Virus record (IMG/VR): IMGVR_UViG_3300030095_005945
Span: 1-51,056 of that record
Source of the DNA: a virus
Lineage: Duplodnaviria; Caudoviricetes
DNA length: 51,056 nt
Reading direction: 5' to 3' (one strand)
Numbering within the stretch: position 1 is the first letter of the stretch; every line of letters starts with the position of its first letter. Positions 1 to 9,900 of this stretch are shown here, in pieces. The notes below the pieces were generated by a model that was not told the DNA's origin, ran no database searches, and worked only from the letters and a program-made list of their open reading frames with translations. The translations under genes and the position numbers were made by a program.

Positions 1-132
1 CAGTCTTCAAACAGCTGTAAATATAGATTCTTATAAAAATGTAGTTATAGGTGGCAGAACATCTTTTAATGGCACTACAGGCTCTTGTGCAGCTTTATAT
101 GCTGAGTATACAGGCTCTGCTATGGGAACTAC
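1..132. repeat. Terminal direct overlap, copy 1 (circular assembly join)
   Basis: 1-132 equals 50925-51056 except at positions 1 and 55 (C vs T); implies a unit length of 50,924 bp. Confidence 0.95.
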
Positions 133-2332
133 TTCTCATTCAGCTGCTATAAAAGCTGTTATAGATCATGATAATTCATCTGATACCTTTCCTCCTAATG
201 GCTCTGCAAGACCTGGATTATTAATTGTCAATAAAGATAGCACAACTAATAGTTTTTCTACTCTTCAATTTTCAAATACAGACGATAGAGCTAATAGACC
301 TGTTGCATCAATATCTGCTAGAGCAATACATGGTGCACAAAGCCAAGGATTGTTAAGCATAGGTGTTGGAGGAGCTAGTGGTGCTAGTCATAATTCTCAA
401 ATTTTAGCATTAAAAAAAAATGGTTCAGATACTTGGTTTTCTATTACAAATGTAAAAGATACTAATGGAAATAATGATGCATCCGATGCAGATGATGCTA
501 GAAAAAGTATATTAAAGTTTGTAGGAGTAACTCAAGATGGTGGAGTTACTTATGATGCTATAGAACATGACTTAGCAAATATAGTTGTATCTCATCATGG
601 AACTGCAAATGATAAAAAAGGTAAATTTAAGATACTAGTAAATGATGGCGATGATGTTAATAGTTCGTTAACACAAGCTATGTTTATTGGTTCAGATGAA
701 GGTCATACAGCATTAGGATTAGGTGCAGGAGCTAATCTTGGAGATTCTCATCACAATCAATATAATACTTTTATAGGAAAAAATGCTGGAGTAGGTACAA
801 ATACAGGTGATGGTAATGTAGCAGTAGGCGCTGGAGCTTTATATTATAATCAAAAAGCAAATTTTAATACAGCTTTGGGATATGAAGCAGCTAAATTTAT
901 TCAACATAGCAATGATAACGGAACAAGTACTTCCAATGCTGATGTTGATATGTATAATACATGTATTGGTTTTAGTGCTATGCCTACTAGTAAACAAGGA
1001 ATTGAGAATACTATTATAGGAGCTAATGCAGGGTATCAATTAAAAGCTGATGGAAATGTAGCTATAGGTAGGTCTGCTTTATCTACAGAAGATTATGGGG
1101 ATAGTACAGTTGCAATAGGAAATTATGCTTTAAATCATCAAAATGATGTAACAAGTAGTAGTGGTAGTAACAGTACTACAGGCAATGTTGCTGTTGGTCA
1201 TCATGCTGGTAAATTTTTAGAAGAAGGATTAGATTGTACATTTATTGGGTCTCAAGCAGGAATGGGTTTAAATACTGATAGGCTTGATGGACATGATAAT
1301 ACAGCAGTAGGAAGTAAAGCAGGGTATTCATTAATAACAACAGCTGCAGGAAACACATTGATAGGGACTAAAGCTGGTTATTTACAAACAACTGCTAATA
1401 ATAATGTAGTAATAGGTTATAATGCAAGTTATTATAATTTAACTGGTGGAGCTAGTGTATTTGTAGGAAATCAATCAGGTATTCATACTAGGAGTACTAC
1501 TGGAACTAATACTGTGATGGGTTACAAGGCAATGTATAATGGTCATAGTACTTATAATGATAATATAGCTCATAGTAATACAGTTATAGGTTCATATGCA
1601 ATGGGAGAGAATACTGATGCAGCATTAACAGCTGTAAGAAATTGCATATTAGGTGCTTATGCAGGTAAAGAAATGCTTAGTTCTGATGATTGTATTCTTA
1701 TTGGTTATAGTGCAGGTGTAGCTTTAACAACAGGAAATGATAATACTTTAGTAGGTAATTATTCAGGAGAAAATATTACAACTGGGGCAAGTAATACTAT
1801 GCTAGGTTATCATAATAATGCATCAGCTGTAGATGTAACTCATGAAATTGTAATAGGAGCAGGAGCAGACCATAATAATCCTCTTGTAGGGCAAGGAACT
1901 GAAACTTGTACAATAGGAACAAATACTGATTATATAACTGTAGATTTTGGTGAGAATGCTACATGGTCGCATTCATCAGACAGAAGAATTAAAAAGAATA
2001 TTGAAGATAACAAATTAGGACTAGAATTTATAAATAGATTAAGGACTGTAACATATAATAAAAAAGCTCCTAGTGAATATCCAAGCTATTTCAATGCACA
2101 TGATGCTAATAAAACAGAAAGAAAGAATCCTGATAAAAAACATTTTGGATTTATAGCTCAAGAAGTTAAGAAAGCTATAAAAGCTGTAGGAGAAAAAGAT
2201 TTTCCTATGTGGAATGAGCAAGAAGATGGAATGCAAACACTTAGCGAAGCATCATTGATACCACCATTAGTAAAAGCAATCCAAGAATTATCTAAAGAAA
2301 TAGAAGAACTTAAAAGGAGATTAAATGAATAA
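2..2332 (+). CDS. Tail fibre, C-terminal part, with peptidase S74 intramolecular chaperone (continues from 49045 across the join)
   Basis: N-x-x-x-G-x-x-A beta-roll repeats; C-terminal SDRRIKKNI...GFIAQEV...LVKAIQEL coiled coil; in frame with the ORF starting at 49045. Confidence 0.85.
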   Translation, partial: SLQTAVNIDSYKNVVIGGRTSFNGTTGSCAALYAEYTGSAMGTTSHSAAIKAVIDHDNSSDTFPPNGSARPGLLIVNKDSTTNSFSTLQFSNTDDRANRPVASISARAIHGAQSQGLLSIGVGGASGASHNSQILALKKNGSDTWFSITNVKDTNGNNDASDADDARKSILKFVGVTQDGGVTYDAIEHDLANIVVSHHGTANDKKGKFKILVNDGDDVNSSLTQAMFIGSDEGHTALGLGAGANLGDSHHNQYNTFIGKNAGVGTNTGDGNVAVGAGALYYNQKANFNTALGYEAAKFIQHSNDNGTSTSNADVDMYNTCIGFSAMPTSKQGIENTIIGANAGYQLKADGNVAIGRSALSTEDYGDSTVAIGNYALNHQNDVTSSSGSNSTTGNVAVGHHAGKFLEEGLDCTFIGSQAGMGLNTDRLDGHDNTAVGSKAGYSLITTAAGNTLIGTKAGYLQTTANNNVVIGYNASYYNLTGGASVFVGNQSGIHTRSTTGTNTVMGYKAMYNGHSTYNDNIAHSNTVIGSYAMGENTDAALTAVRNCILGAYAGKEMLSSDDCILIGYSAGVALTTGNDNTLVGNYSGENITTGASNTMLGYHNNASAVDVTHEIVIGAGADHNNPLVGQGTETCTIGTNTDYITVDFGENATWSHSSDRRIKKNIEDNKLGLEFINRLRTVTYNKKAPSEYPSYFNAHDANKTERKNPDKKHFGFIAQEVKKAIKAVGEKDFPMWNEQEDGMQTLSEASLIPPLVKAIQELSKEIEELKRRLNE

Positions 2333-2636
2333 AGAAAGTTACAAGACATTAAAAACAGCATCTAAAGTTTTTATTGTAAAAGAAAAGTTAGTAACACAAA
2401 AAGAGCTTAAAGATTCTGATGGCAATGTAGTTCAGCCTAAAGAAGAGAGAGATGTTGTGTATCTTAAGCAAAAGAAATGGAATCCTGATACAGGAGATGC
2501 TACAACAGATTCTAAAATGGAATTAAATCTAGTTGACTTAGAGAATGAAAAGTCTAGTTTAACATCTCAGATAACATCTATTCAAGCAAAAATAGATGGT
2601 TTAGACGAGATGATTAAAGACGTAAAAGCATTATAA
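2325..2636 (+). CDS. Hypothetical protein with C-terminal coiled coil (possible fibre assembly factor)
   Basis: ORF overlapping the fibre stop, AGGAG upstream. Confidence 0.6.
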   Translation: MNKESYKTLKTASKVFIVKEKLVTQKELKDSDGNVVQPKEERDVVYLKQKKWNPDTGDATTDSKMELNLVDLENEKSSLTSQITSIQAKIDGLDEMIKDVKAL

Positions 2637-2650
2637 AATAAAGGAAAACA

Positions 2651-2872
2651 ATGAGTAACATAAAAACAACAAAAGAACCTTCTGTTAATGAAATGACAGA
2701 GCAATTAACTAAAGTAACAACTCAATATGAAGAGTCTGTTAAACAAGCTAATTTTCATTCAGAAATAGCTAAGAGATGCTTAGGAGCTATGGAAGTTCTG
2801 CAGAATCTATTAGGAGTTGAAGAGGTAAAAGAAGAAGTAGAAGAAACTAAAGAGCCAAAAGAGGAATCTTAA
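2651..2872 (+). CDS. Small acidic coiled-coil hypothetical protein
   Basis: ORF with AAGGA RBS. Confidence 0.6.
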   Translation: MSNIKTTKEPSVNEMTEQLTKVTTQYEESVKQANFHSEIAKRCLGAMEVLQNLLGVEEVKEEVEETKEPKEES

Positions 2873-3280
2873 ATGGATAAATTAATAGATGCAATAAAAG
2901 AATCAGAAGGTTTTAGGTCTAAAGTGTATAAATGTACTGAAGGGTATGATACGATAGGTTACGGGTTTGCAATAAAAGACTTAGAATTAGACGAAGATAT
3001 TTGTCATCAAATATTAGTTAAGAAAATAGAAGCCTTAAAAAAGAAAGCTCTTAATAAGTTCCCATTTATGAGCAAAGTACCAGAAGAAAAATGCAATATA
3101 ATATATGAAATGTGTTTTCAAATGGGAGTTTCTGGAGTTTCTAAGTTTAAAAAAATGCTTTTAGCTTTAGAGAATGGAAATTACGATAAGGCTTCAGCAG
3201 AAATGCTCGATTCCTTATGGGCTAAGCAAACACCAAATCGTGCATTAAAACTTAGTAATGAAATGAAAAGTTCAGTTTAA
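2873..3280 (+). CDS. Endolysin, T4-lysozyme-like (GH24)
   Basis: EGFRSKVYKCTEGYDTIGYG (E-x8-C-x5-T catalytic pattern), FQMG, EMLDSLWAKQTPNRA. Confidence 0.9.
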   Translation: MDKLIDAIKESEGFRSKVYKCTEGYDTIGYGFAIKDLELDEDICHQILVKKIEALKKKALNKFPFMSKVPEEKCNIIYEMCFQMGVSGVSKFKKMLLALENGNYDKASAEMLDSLWAKQTPNRALKLSNEMKSSV

Positions 3281-3282
3281 TA

Positions 3283-3411
3283 ATGTATTCTAAAAATACT
3301 ACTTACATGAAGATCCCTAGATTTTCTAGTAGTTATAAACCTTGGGATACATTTGATAAAATAATAAGAGTTGTTTTTATTAGAAAGAATAAAAATGCCA
3401 ATAACAAATGA
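3283..3411 (+). CDS. 42-aa basic hypothetical protein
   Basis: Hand-translated MYSKNTTYMKIPRF...NANNK; fills the gap between lysin and holin-like genes. Confidence 0.4.
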   Translation: MYSKNTTYMKIPRFSSSYKPWDTFDKIIRVVFIRKNKNANNK

Positions 3412-3631
3412 AAAAATATATAATGAACTGCAGTATATCAAAGGTAAAATGGACGCTGAAGAAGAACATTCAAAAGAACATAGAGAATGGGAAGTAGGTA
3501 TGATATCTGATATAAAAGAAAATCTTTCTGAAATGAACAGTAGAATTAATTCTAATGAAAATGCTATAAATTGGTTTAAAGGAATAGGAGCAACTCTTAT
3601 ATTTTTAATAGGATGGCTTTTTAAGAAATGA
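3395..3631 (+). CDS. Holin-like / XhlA-like protein (coiled coil plus C-terminal TM helix)
   Basis: Ends WFKGIGATLIFLIGWLFKK; next to the lysin; ATG 3395 preferred over TTG 3371. Confidence 0.55.
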   Translation: MPITNEKIYNELQYIKGKMDAEEEHSKEHREWEVGMISDIKENLSEMNSRINSNENAINWFKGIGATLIFLIGWLFKK

Positions 3632-3954
3632 AAAAAAGACAAGTTATGTATTGGAGAGAACCTCCAGAAGATGAATTAAATACAAATTTTGTAAAAGATT
3701 TGGGTATAACTTGTAAAAAAGTATTTAGAAGAATCCCTAGTGAATGTGCTTATTGCAAAGAAAGTCGTATTGCAGGTATTGAAATATATGGAGCTGGATC
3801 TGGTGTCACTTTATGGATATGTGAAGATTGCGAGGGATTATTATTAAGGTACTCCACAAGTACCACAGAAAAGAGATTGCTAAAAGCATCTCAAGTTTAC
3901 ACACATCCAGATCATTGGAATCATACTATGGAAGACGATGTAGACTTGAATTAG
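3628..3954 (+). CDS. Zinc-ribbon protein
   Basis: CAYC...CEDC. Confidence 0.6.
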   Translation: MKKRQVMYWREPPEDELNTNFVKDLGITCKKVFRRIPSECAYCKESRIAGIEIYGAGSGVTLWICEDCEGLLLRYSTSTTEKRLLKASQVYTHPDHWNHTMEDDVDLN

Positions 3955-3961
3955 GAGACAT

Positions 3962-4756
3962 ATGTTTGGATTAAAGAAGAAGTCTGAAATCAGGAGAGCT
4001 ATAGTGACTCCTGATAAGCACTTTCCTTTACATGACAAAAGCGCAATAAATGTAGTATGTAAAGCAATAGAGTTAGTAAAGCCTGATATTTATGTAGATT
4101 TAGGGGATACAGGTGAGTGGGAAAAATTTAGTAGGCATTATTGGAAAGATAGAGAAAAGCCTCCATTGGAAGTTTTAATACCAATGTTAAAAAAAGAAAT
4201 TAAAAGTGTTAACAAAGGGATGGATTTAATAGATAAGTCTCTTGATAAAGCAAAATGTAAAGAGAGATATTTTATACAAGGGAATCATGAAGTCTGGTTA
4301 GATGAATTTGTAATAAAACATCCGTACTTAACTGAATTTAAGACTGAAAATGCTTTAAAGTTATCTGATAGAGGCTATGAATACTGGCCTTATATAAGTA
4401 CTAAAAAACTTAAAATAGGTAAATTAAACTTTACACATGGTGACTTTGTTCCAATACATCATGCTAAAAAGCATTTAAGTGTGTATAAAGAGAATGTAAT
4501 ATATGGACATACTCATGATATACAAAGATTCACTGAAACAGGATTGGGAGGGACTCAATCTGCCTGGAGTCTTGGATGCTTAAAAGATATGAAATCTGAG
4601 GCAAACAGATGGTTAAAAGGTAATTTACATAACTGGAATCATGCATTTGCTATAGTTGATTTTTTTAAAAATGGTGATTTTAAAATAGAAGTTGTTGAAA
4701 TAATAAAAGGTAGAACTACTTTATGGGGAGAAATGATCAATGGCAAATCTAAGTAA
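3962..4756 (+). CDS. Calcineurin-like metallophosphoesterase
   Basis: PDKH, DLGD, GNHE, THG and GHTH motifs in canonical order. Confidence 0.9.
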   Translation: MFGLKKKSEIRRAIVTPDKHFPLHDKSAINVVCKAIELVKPDIYVDLGDTGEWEKFSRHYWKDREKPPLEVLIPMLKKEIKSVNKGMDLIDKSLDKAKCKERYFIQGNHEVWLDEFVIKHPYLTEFKTENALKLSDRGYEYWPYISTKKLKIGKLNFTHGDFVPIHHAKKHLSVYKENVIYGHTHDIQRFTETGLGGTQSAWSLGCLKDMKSEANRWLKGNLHNWNHAFAIVDFFKNGDFKIEVVEIIKGRTTLWGEMINGKSK

Positions 4757-5198
4757 AGAAGAAATAGCTAAAAGAAAAAAAGAAAGAATGGCAGCCAAAA
4801 GGCTAATGATAGATAAGTTAAGGTTTTGGGTAGGCGTATTTAGTGTACCTACAATCTTAATTATGGCTTGTATGCTTATAGGTGCTGCTTATTTTCTTGG
4901 CGAATCACAATTAGCTGTAGTAACAGGTCTTATTTCGACCATAACGATAGGTTTAATCAATGTTCTCAATGGAATGGTAGTACCACCAGCTCCAGAGGAT
5001 CCATTAGCTGTAGTGGCTAAGGATTTGGTTCACCACTTACAGGACCAATCTCAAAAAGATATGGAAGTGTCTATGGATAGAAATACAATTAAAATTGGAG
5101 GGAATGGAGTAAAGATGGAATCTAAAACTCCTGGCGATCCAGTATGGGGAGATGATACTCCTTTAACTAATAAAAAAAGGAAACCAAAAAGTAAATGA
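4740..5198 (+). CDS. Membrane protein with two TM helices
   Basis: Two adjacent hydrophobic segments flanked by basic termini. Confidence 0.65.
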   Translation: MANLSKEEIAKRKKERMAAKRLMIDKLRFWVGVFSVPTILIMACMLIGAAYFLGESQLAVVTGLISTITIGLINVLNGMVVPPAPEDPLAVVAKDLVHHLQDQSQKDMEVSMDRNTIKIGGNGVKMESKTPGDPVWGDDTPLTNKKRKPKSK

Positions 5199-6019
5199 AA
5201 AACATGCATGATTATAGCAAAGTAGTAAAAGCAATGAGAGATTTTTTTCAAGAAGAAAAAGGTTTTATAGAAGTACCTGCTCAAAGCAGACAATCTATAC
5301 TAGCAGCTTGTGAAGATCCAGCGACAATAACAAAATATGAATTTAATAATGTTATTTGGCCTTTACCTCAAACAGGGCAAATGTGGTTAGAAATAGAATT
5401 GTTAAAAAATCCTGATGTAAAAGGTGTATTTTGTGTAACAACAAGTTATAGAAATGAGCCTAATCCTATAGCAGGAAGACATGAAAAGATATTTCCTATG
5501 TTTGAATTTGAATCACATGGCAATATCAATGATATGATTAAATTAGAAGAAGAATTATTAATGCATTTAGGGTTTGGATCTATGCATGAAAAAATAATGT
5601 ATGATAAAGCTTGTAAGAAATACAATACTATGGAATTAGATTATGATGAAGAAGAAGCTTTATGTAAAGATTTTACACCTTGCACTTTTTTAACTCACTT
5701 TCCATTAAGGACACATCCTTTTTGGAATATGAAACATGCTGGTACAGGTATATACAATAAAGTAGATGTTATAATGCATGGTATGGAAACTATAGGTTCT
5801 GCTGAAAGAGCTACTGATATACAAGAGATGAGAGATCAATTTCATAATATATCAGATGGTGAATATGCTAAATTACTTTATGGTCATTTTACTAAAGAAA
5901 GAGTTGAAAAAGAGTTAGAGGAATACTTATCTTTAGATATGTTTGAAAGGTTCGGTGGAGGTATAGGAGTTACTAGAATGGTATCTGCTATGAAGTCTGC
6001 TAATTTACTTGGGGCGTAG
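5195..6019 (+). CDS. Class IIb aminoacyl-tRNA synthetase paralog lacking the anticodon-binding domain (Asp/Asn-RS-like; possibly archaeal-type asparagine synthetase A)
   Basis: Motif 1 FFQEEKGFIEVP, motif 2 YRNE...RHEKIFPMFEFE, ETIGSAER, motif 3 GGGIGVTRM; only 274 aa with no N-terminal OB fold. Confidence 0.85.
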   Translation: MKNMHDYSKVVKAMRDFFQEEKGFIEVPAQSRQSILAACEDPATITKYEFNNVIWPLPQTGQMWLEIELLKNPDVKGVFCVTTSYRNEPNPIAGRHEKIFPMFEFESHGNINDMIKLEEELLMHLGFGSMHEKIMYDKACKKYNTMELDYDEEEALCKDFTPCTFLTHFPLRTHPFWNMKHAGTGIYNKVDVIMHGMETIGSAERATDIQEMRDQFHNISDGEYAKLLYGHFTKERVEKELEEYLSLDMFERFGGGIGVTRMVSAMKSANLLGA

Positions 6020-6082
6020 CACAATGGCAGTTGCAACGGACTGTTAATCCGAGGGTTGTAGGTTCGACTCCTACCGCCCCAG
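6010..6082 (+). tRNA. tRNA-Asn (GTT), CCA not encoded
   Basis: Acceptor stem TGGGGCG/CGCCCCA, discriminator G, D arm GCA/TGC, anticodon arm CGGA-CTGTTAA-TCCG, T arm GTAGG-TTCGACT-CCTAC. Confidence 0.93.
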
Positions 6083-6091
6083 CAGAAAGGA

Positions 6092-6328
6092 GTGAATATG
6101 GTAAGTTTTACTCATTTTATAGTTATAGTAATGGGATTGGGAGTAGGAGAATACTTTAATTGTAAATATCCTAGAGTAGAAGATGGATATAGTAGTGAAG
6201 GATATGTTTGTAATTGGGAGGAAGACGATTTTTATTTAATAAATGGTCAACATATACTAACTCCTATAGATTCTACAGACAATTGTTTTGAGGAAAAAGC
6301 TCGTAAAAAGTATTGGGAGAAAAGGTAA
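6092..6328 (+). CDS. Small protein with N-terminal hydrophobic/signal segment and 3 Cys
   Basis: ORF track; AAAGGAG RBS suggests the start may be ATG 6098. Confidence 0.55.
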   Translation: MNMVSFTHFIVIVMGLGVGEYFNCKYPRVEDGYSSEGYVCNWEEDDFYLINGQHILTPIDSTDNCFEEKARKKYWEKR

Positions 6329-6438
6329 TGGAATTTTTAATAGCATTATTTAAAAGTTTCTTTATATCAATACCTATATTTATAATATATATAGCTATTA
6401 AAATCAAATGGAAACAGTGGAGAGAAAGCGAAAAATGA
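6328..6438 (+). CDS. 36-aa single-TM peptide
   Basis: MEFLIALFKSFFISIPIFIIYIAIKIKWKQWRESEK; TAATG coupling. Confidence 0.5.
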   Translation: MEFLIALFKSFFISIPIFIIYIAIKIKWKQWRESEK

Positions 6439-6439
6439 A

Positions 6440-6595
6440 TTGCATGAAGAATTAATTATTATAATTTTAGCTATATTCTTACATTACGCTATAGAATATG
6501 GTGGTAATTTAGGTAATTATAGTTGCCCAGATTATTGTAAAGTAAAACATGAACATATAAAGGATGAAAAAGATGAAACTAGAAAAACTAGGTAA
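6440..6595 (+). CDS. 51-aa membrane-anchored peptide with CPxYCxxxHxH motif
   Basis: TTG start; IIIILAIFL followed by YSCPDYCKVKHEH. Confidence 0.5.
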   Translation: MHEELIIIILAIFLHYAIEYGGNLGNYSCPDYCKVKHEHIKDEKDETRKTR

Positions 6596-6878
6596 TGTAT
6601 TAAAGAAGCTTGATATAGATCCAGATAGTATAAAAGATGATCTTGAAGCTGCTGTTAAGGAAGAAGTTGATATTGTAAAAAAAGAAGTTGCTTTAAAAGC
6701 TGAAAAGAAAGTTATGCATTACCTTGATAGTGAAAAAGGTAAAAAACAAATGATTAAAAAAATTAATGATGCTATAGATATACCTTGGATATCAGAATCT
6801 ATGGAAGAAAAAATATTTACAGTAATCTTTAATGTAATAAGTGGTGCAATTAAAAAAGTAATAAAAAAGGAGAAATAA
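6564..6878 (+). CDS. Hypothetical protein
   Basis: ORF track; INDAIDIPWISESMEEKIF segment. Confidence 0.65.
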   Translation: MKKMKLEKLGNVLKKLDIDPDSIKDDLEAAVKEEVDIVKKEVALKAEKKVMHYLDSEKGKKQMIKKINDAIDIPWISESMEEKIFTVIFNVISGAIKKVIKKEK

Positions 6879-6879
6879 T

Positions 6880-6957
6880 ATGCCTTACGGTAAAGGGACA
6901 TATGGTAAAAAAAGAGGAAGACCACCTAAGAAGAAATCTGGTAAAAAAGGAAAATAA
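6880..6957 (+). CDS. 25-aa basic AT-hook-like peptide
   Basis: MPYGKGTYGKKRGRPPKKKSGKKGK; AAGGAG RBS; TAATG-coupled to the next gene. Confidence 0.7.
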   Translation: MPYGKGTYGKKRGRPPKKKSGKKGK

Positions 6958-9900
6958 TGCCTAAAAAGCTACATGAAATAAAGGGATTTCACACTGGTAC
7001 TATTAGTAATCCATCTGAAACTGACGTTCCAGCTGATTCAAATGTTAGTAGTTTAGACATAGACAATCATTTATCAGCTGGATCTTTAAAAGGTAGATAT
7101 GGGAATAAGAGTTATGATACTGGTGGATATACTACAAATAATTATACAAATGGAGTATTTACTATTGTTATTACTGCAGCTAATACTAGTCATGCTTTGA
7201 ATAATTTGAATTTCAATATAAGTTCTCCACATAATGATTATTTGTTCTATCTTAGCTCGACAGGAGCTTCTCCTGCAGCACAACCACCAGCTGCTAGATC
7301 TGGCACTGAAGATGAAAATGTTATACAAATTCAAGTTGATATAACAAATAATGATACTATAGATCAAGTAGGTGAAAAAATTAGAGCCAAAATAAATACT
7401 ATAGGTGTATTTAGTGCTTCTTATAATGTTAGTAATGATACTATTACAGTTACTCAAGGTAGAAAAGGAATTTTTAATGCTCCAACTGCAAATAATTCAG
7501 GATTTACTTTTGCAGTAACAACTCCTGGTGTTTTATATAATATAGATACTAAAAGTTCTATTTTTATAAAAGATGGAGAAGAACATGATTTTTTTTATGT
7601 TGATAATTTTACAAATAGATTAAATAGAATATCTGATTTTTACAATAAAAATAGCAATCAAGAATTAAAAAAAGGCAATGACATATCAGATCAAGAATTA
7701 AGTCTTTCTAAAACTAATAAAATCATAACAGCAGGAAGAGGGAAATCATTAAATCCGAAAGCTTTTGGATATTTGAATAACGATAGTTTGGAAGGGCAAA
7801 AGGGAAATTATTTTGAATCTGATGCTGAATTAAGCCCTCCTGATGGAACTAATCCTTTTGGTAGATTTACTAGAATTATAAAAGTTTCTAATGATGATAG
7901 TGGATTATATGGATATATTAAAGGACAACCATATATATGGAGAATTAAATTTGATCATACAAGCGCAGGAACATTAGGCTCAGCTTTTAGAAGTTCTAAA
8001 TTAAATTTTAAAGTAGATCATATGTGTAATTGTGTTTCTGCTAGTGCATCTGATAGTTATGTATGGATTTATGATGGTCCTGGGAATGACCCTAATTCTC
8101 TTGAGTATAATTCATTTTCAAATAAAAATTATAATGATGATGAGACAGAAGATAATCCAGGAAGTTTTTATAAATTAAAAGTTAATGCTGGTACTCCTAT
8201 TGATTGGGAATCTTCTCCTCCAGTTTTAAGTTCATTAAAACAAGTAAATATAGCTTTTGAAACAAATAAAGCTATGGATTGGACTCATGATAATACTGAT
8301 AGTAATGAATATTATTCTGGAAAAGCAAGATTAGGTGATATGATGGAAACTGGAAATCATACAAAAGGAATTTTATGGTTTTTAATAATTCCAGTTTATT
8401 CTGATGAAAATGAATTATCTCAATGGTTTAGATTTACAAGAATAAATTGGATAGGAAATGATGCAAGTGGAAATCATAATGGATATGATGAGCCAAATTC
8501 AATAGCTAAAGGCATAGCTAATAGTATTCCAAGATGGTTATATGCTGCTAATGGAATGGAAGCAGTAGATGAGTCGGGTGGAGTAGAGACTATAACTTTT
8601 AATGATAAAACACCACAACATATGGGTTTATTAGAAACAAGAGGTAATACAAATTTACAAAACAATCCTCTTAACCTTCCTATATATCAAAATTATTCAG
8701 GATTTTCATTTAATGATGGAAATAAAGGAATGACGGAAGGTATTTGGGCGTTTTTCTATAATTTTACATACAAAGAATCCGATCAAACTTTTACAATGAC
8801 ATCGTATGATGCTCATGATGCTACTCACCAAACTGTTTATACTATAGCTAAAAATATTGGTATGATTTGCGCTCATAATTTTTCTCAATATATAGGAGAT
8901 AATTGTGGAACTGCAAATAGAAGATGGACTGATACTGGAGCTGGAGCATCTAATATTGGAGATGATGTTCTTCCAAGAATTGCTCCTTTAGAATTTTCAT
9001 TAGTAAACTTATCTGCTGATTATGGAATAGATGAAGATGGTGGCAGTGGAAATGCAGTAGTAGGTTGTATGACTAAATATAATACTCAACCTAGTGGAAT
9101 ATGGCTAGTTAATAGAATAGATTCTCAATGTAATAATAGTGGCTCAAATAGTTATTGGAATGGGATGATATGCGATACAGTAGATAGTAATTCAGGAACC
9201 TATGTAGAAGGCTCTAGCAGTGATGAGTATAGAGTTGACGTATCTGGTAAAACTGTAATGTATGTTTGTAGTTATTTAGGAAATGAAGGCGCTATGCATA
9301 TGAATGATACAGATGGCTGGACAAGTGCTGCTGCTGGAGGTGAGCCAGCTGGATTAGGTAATGATGGTGATTTTGCAAGTGGTGCTCATAAAACATCTAC
9401 AATGACATCTGATGCACCAGATACTGCATTAAGACAAGCTAGGCTTTTTAATAATGATGATTTTAATACTATATCTCCATCAGATTTTCATGGTGTATCT
9501 ATGATACGAAAAGTTGGTACAGATTCGCAAGCCAATACTGATAATGCTTCTAGTAAGGAATCTACCTTTTTTGTTTTATATAAAAAACATCAAATTTATG
9601 GACCTGAAAATTTTGAATATTTTACAAAACTATTAGCTCTTGATGCAAGAGTTTGTAGTAATAACAAAGGGACTGCTGCATCTGGAGATGTTGATGCAAA
9701 TATATTTGAAGGAATTGCTACTTTTAATCAATCATCATATAGTATATCATTTGATGGGGATGGAGATTTAGATGGCTTAGGTACGATATCTGCTCATAAT
9801 CCAAGGATGCAAGATCCTACTTTTGTTGTAGAAGAATTTAATGCTGGTGGTACTGGTAATGCAATTGGTTTACATTCTAAAACTGTAGATACTAGATTAG

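Noticed and set aside
1-132. Biological direct terminal repeat
   Set aside because: It falls in the middle of the tail-fibre reading frame, as expected for an assembly circularisation overlap rather than a physical end
6010-6082. tRNA as attP for integration
   Set aside because: The tRNA is full length and no integrase or recombinase gene was recognised
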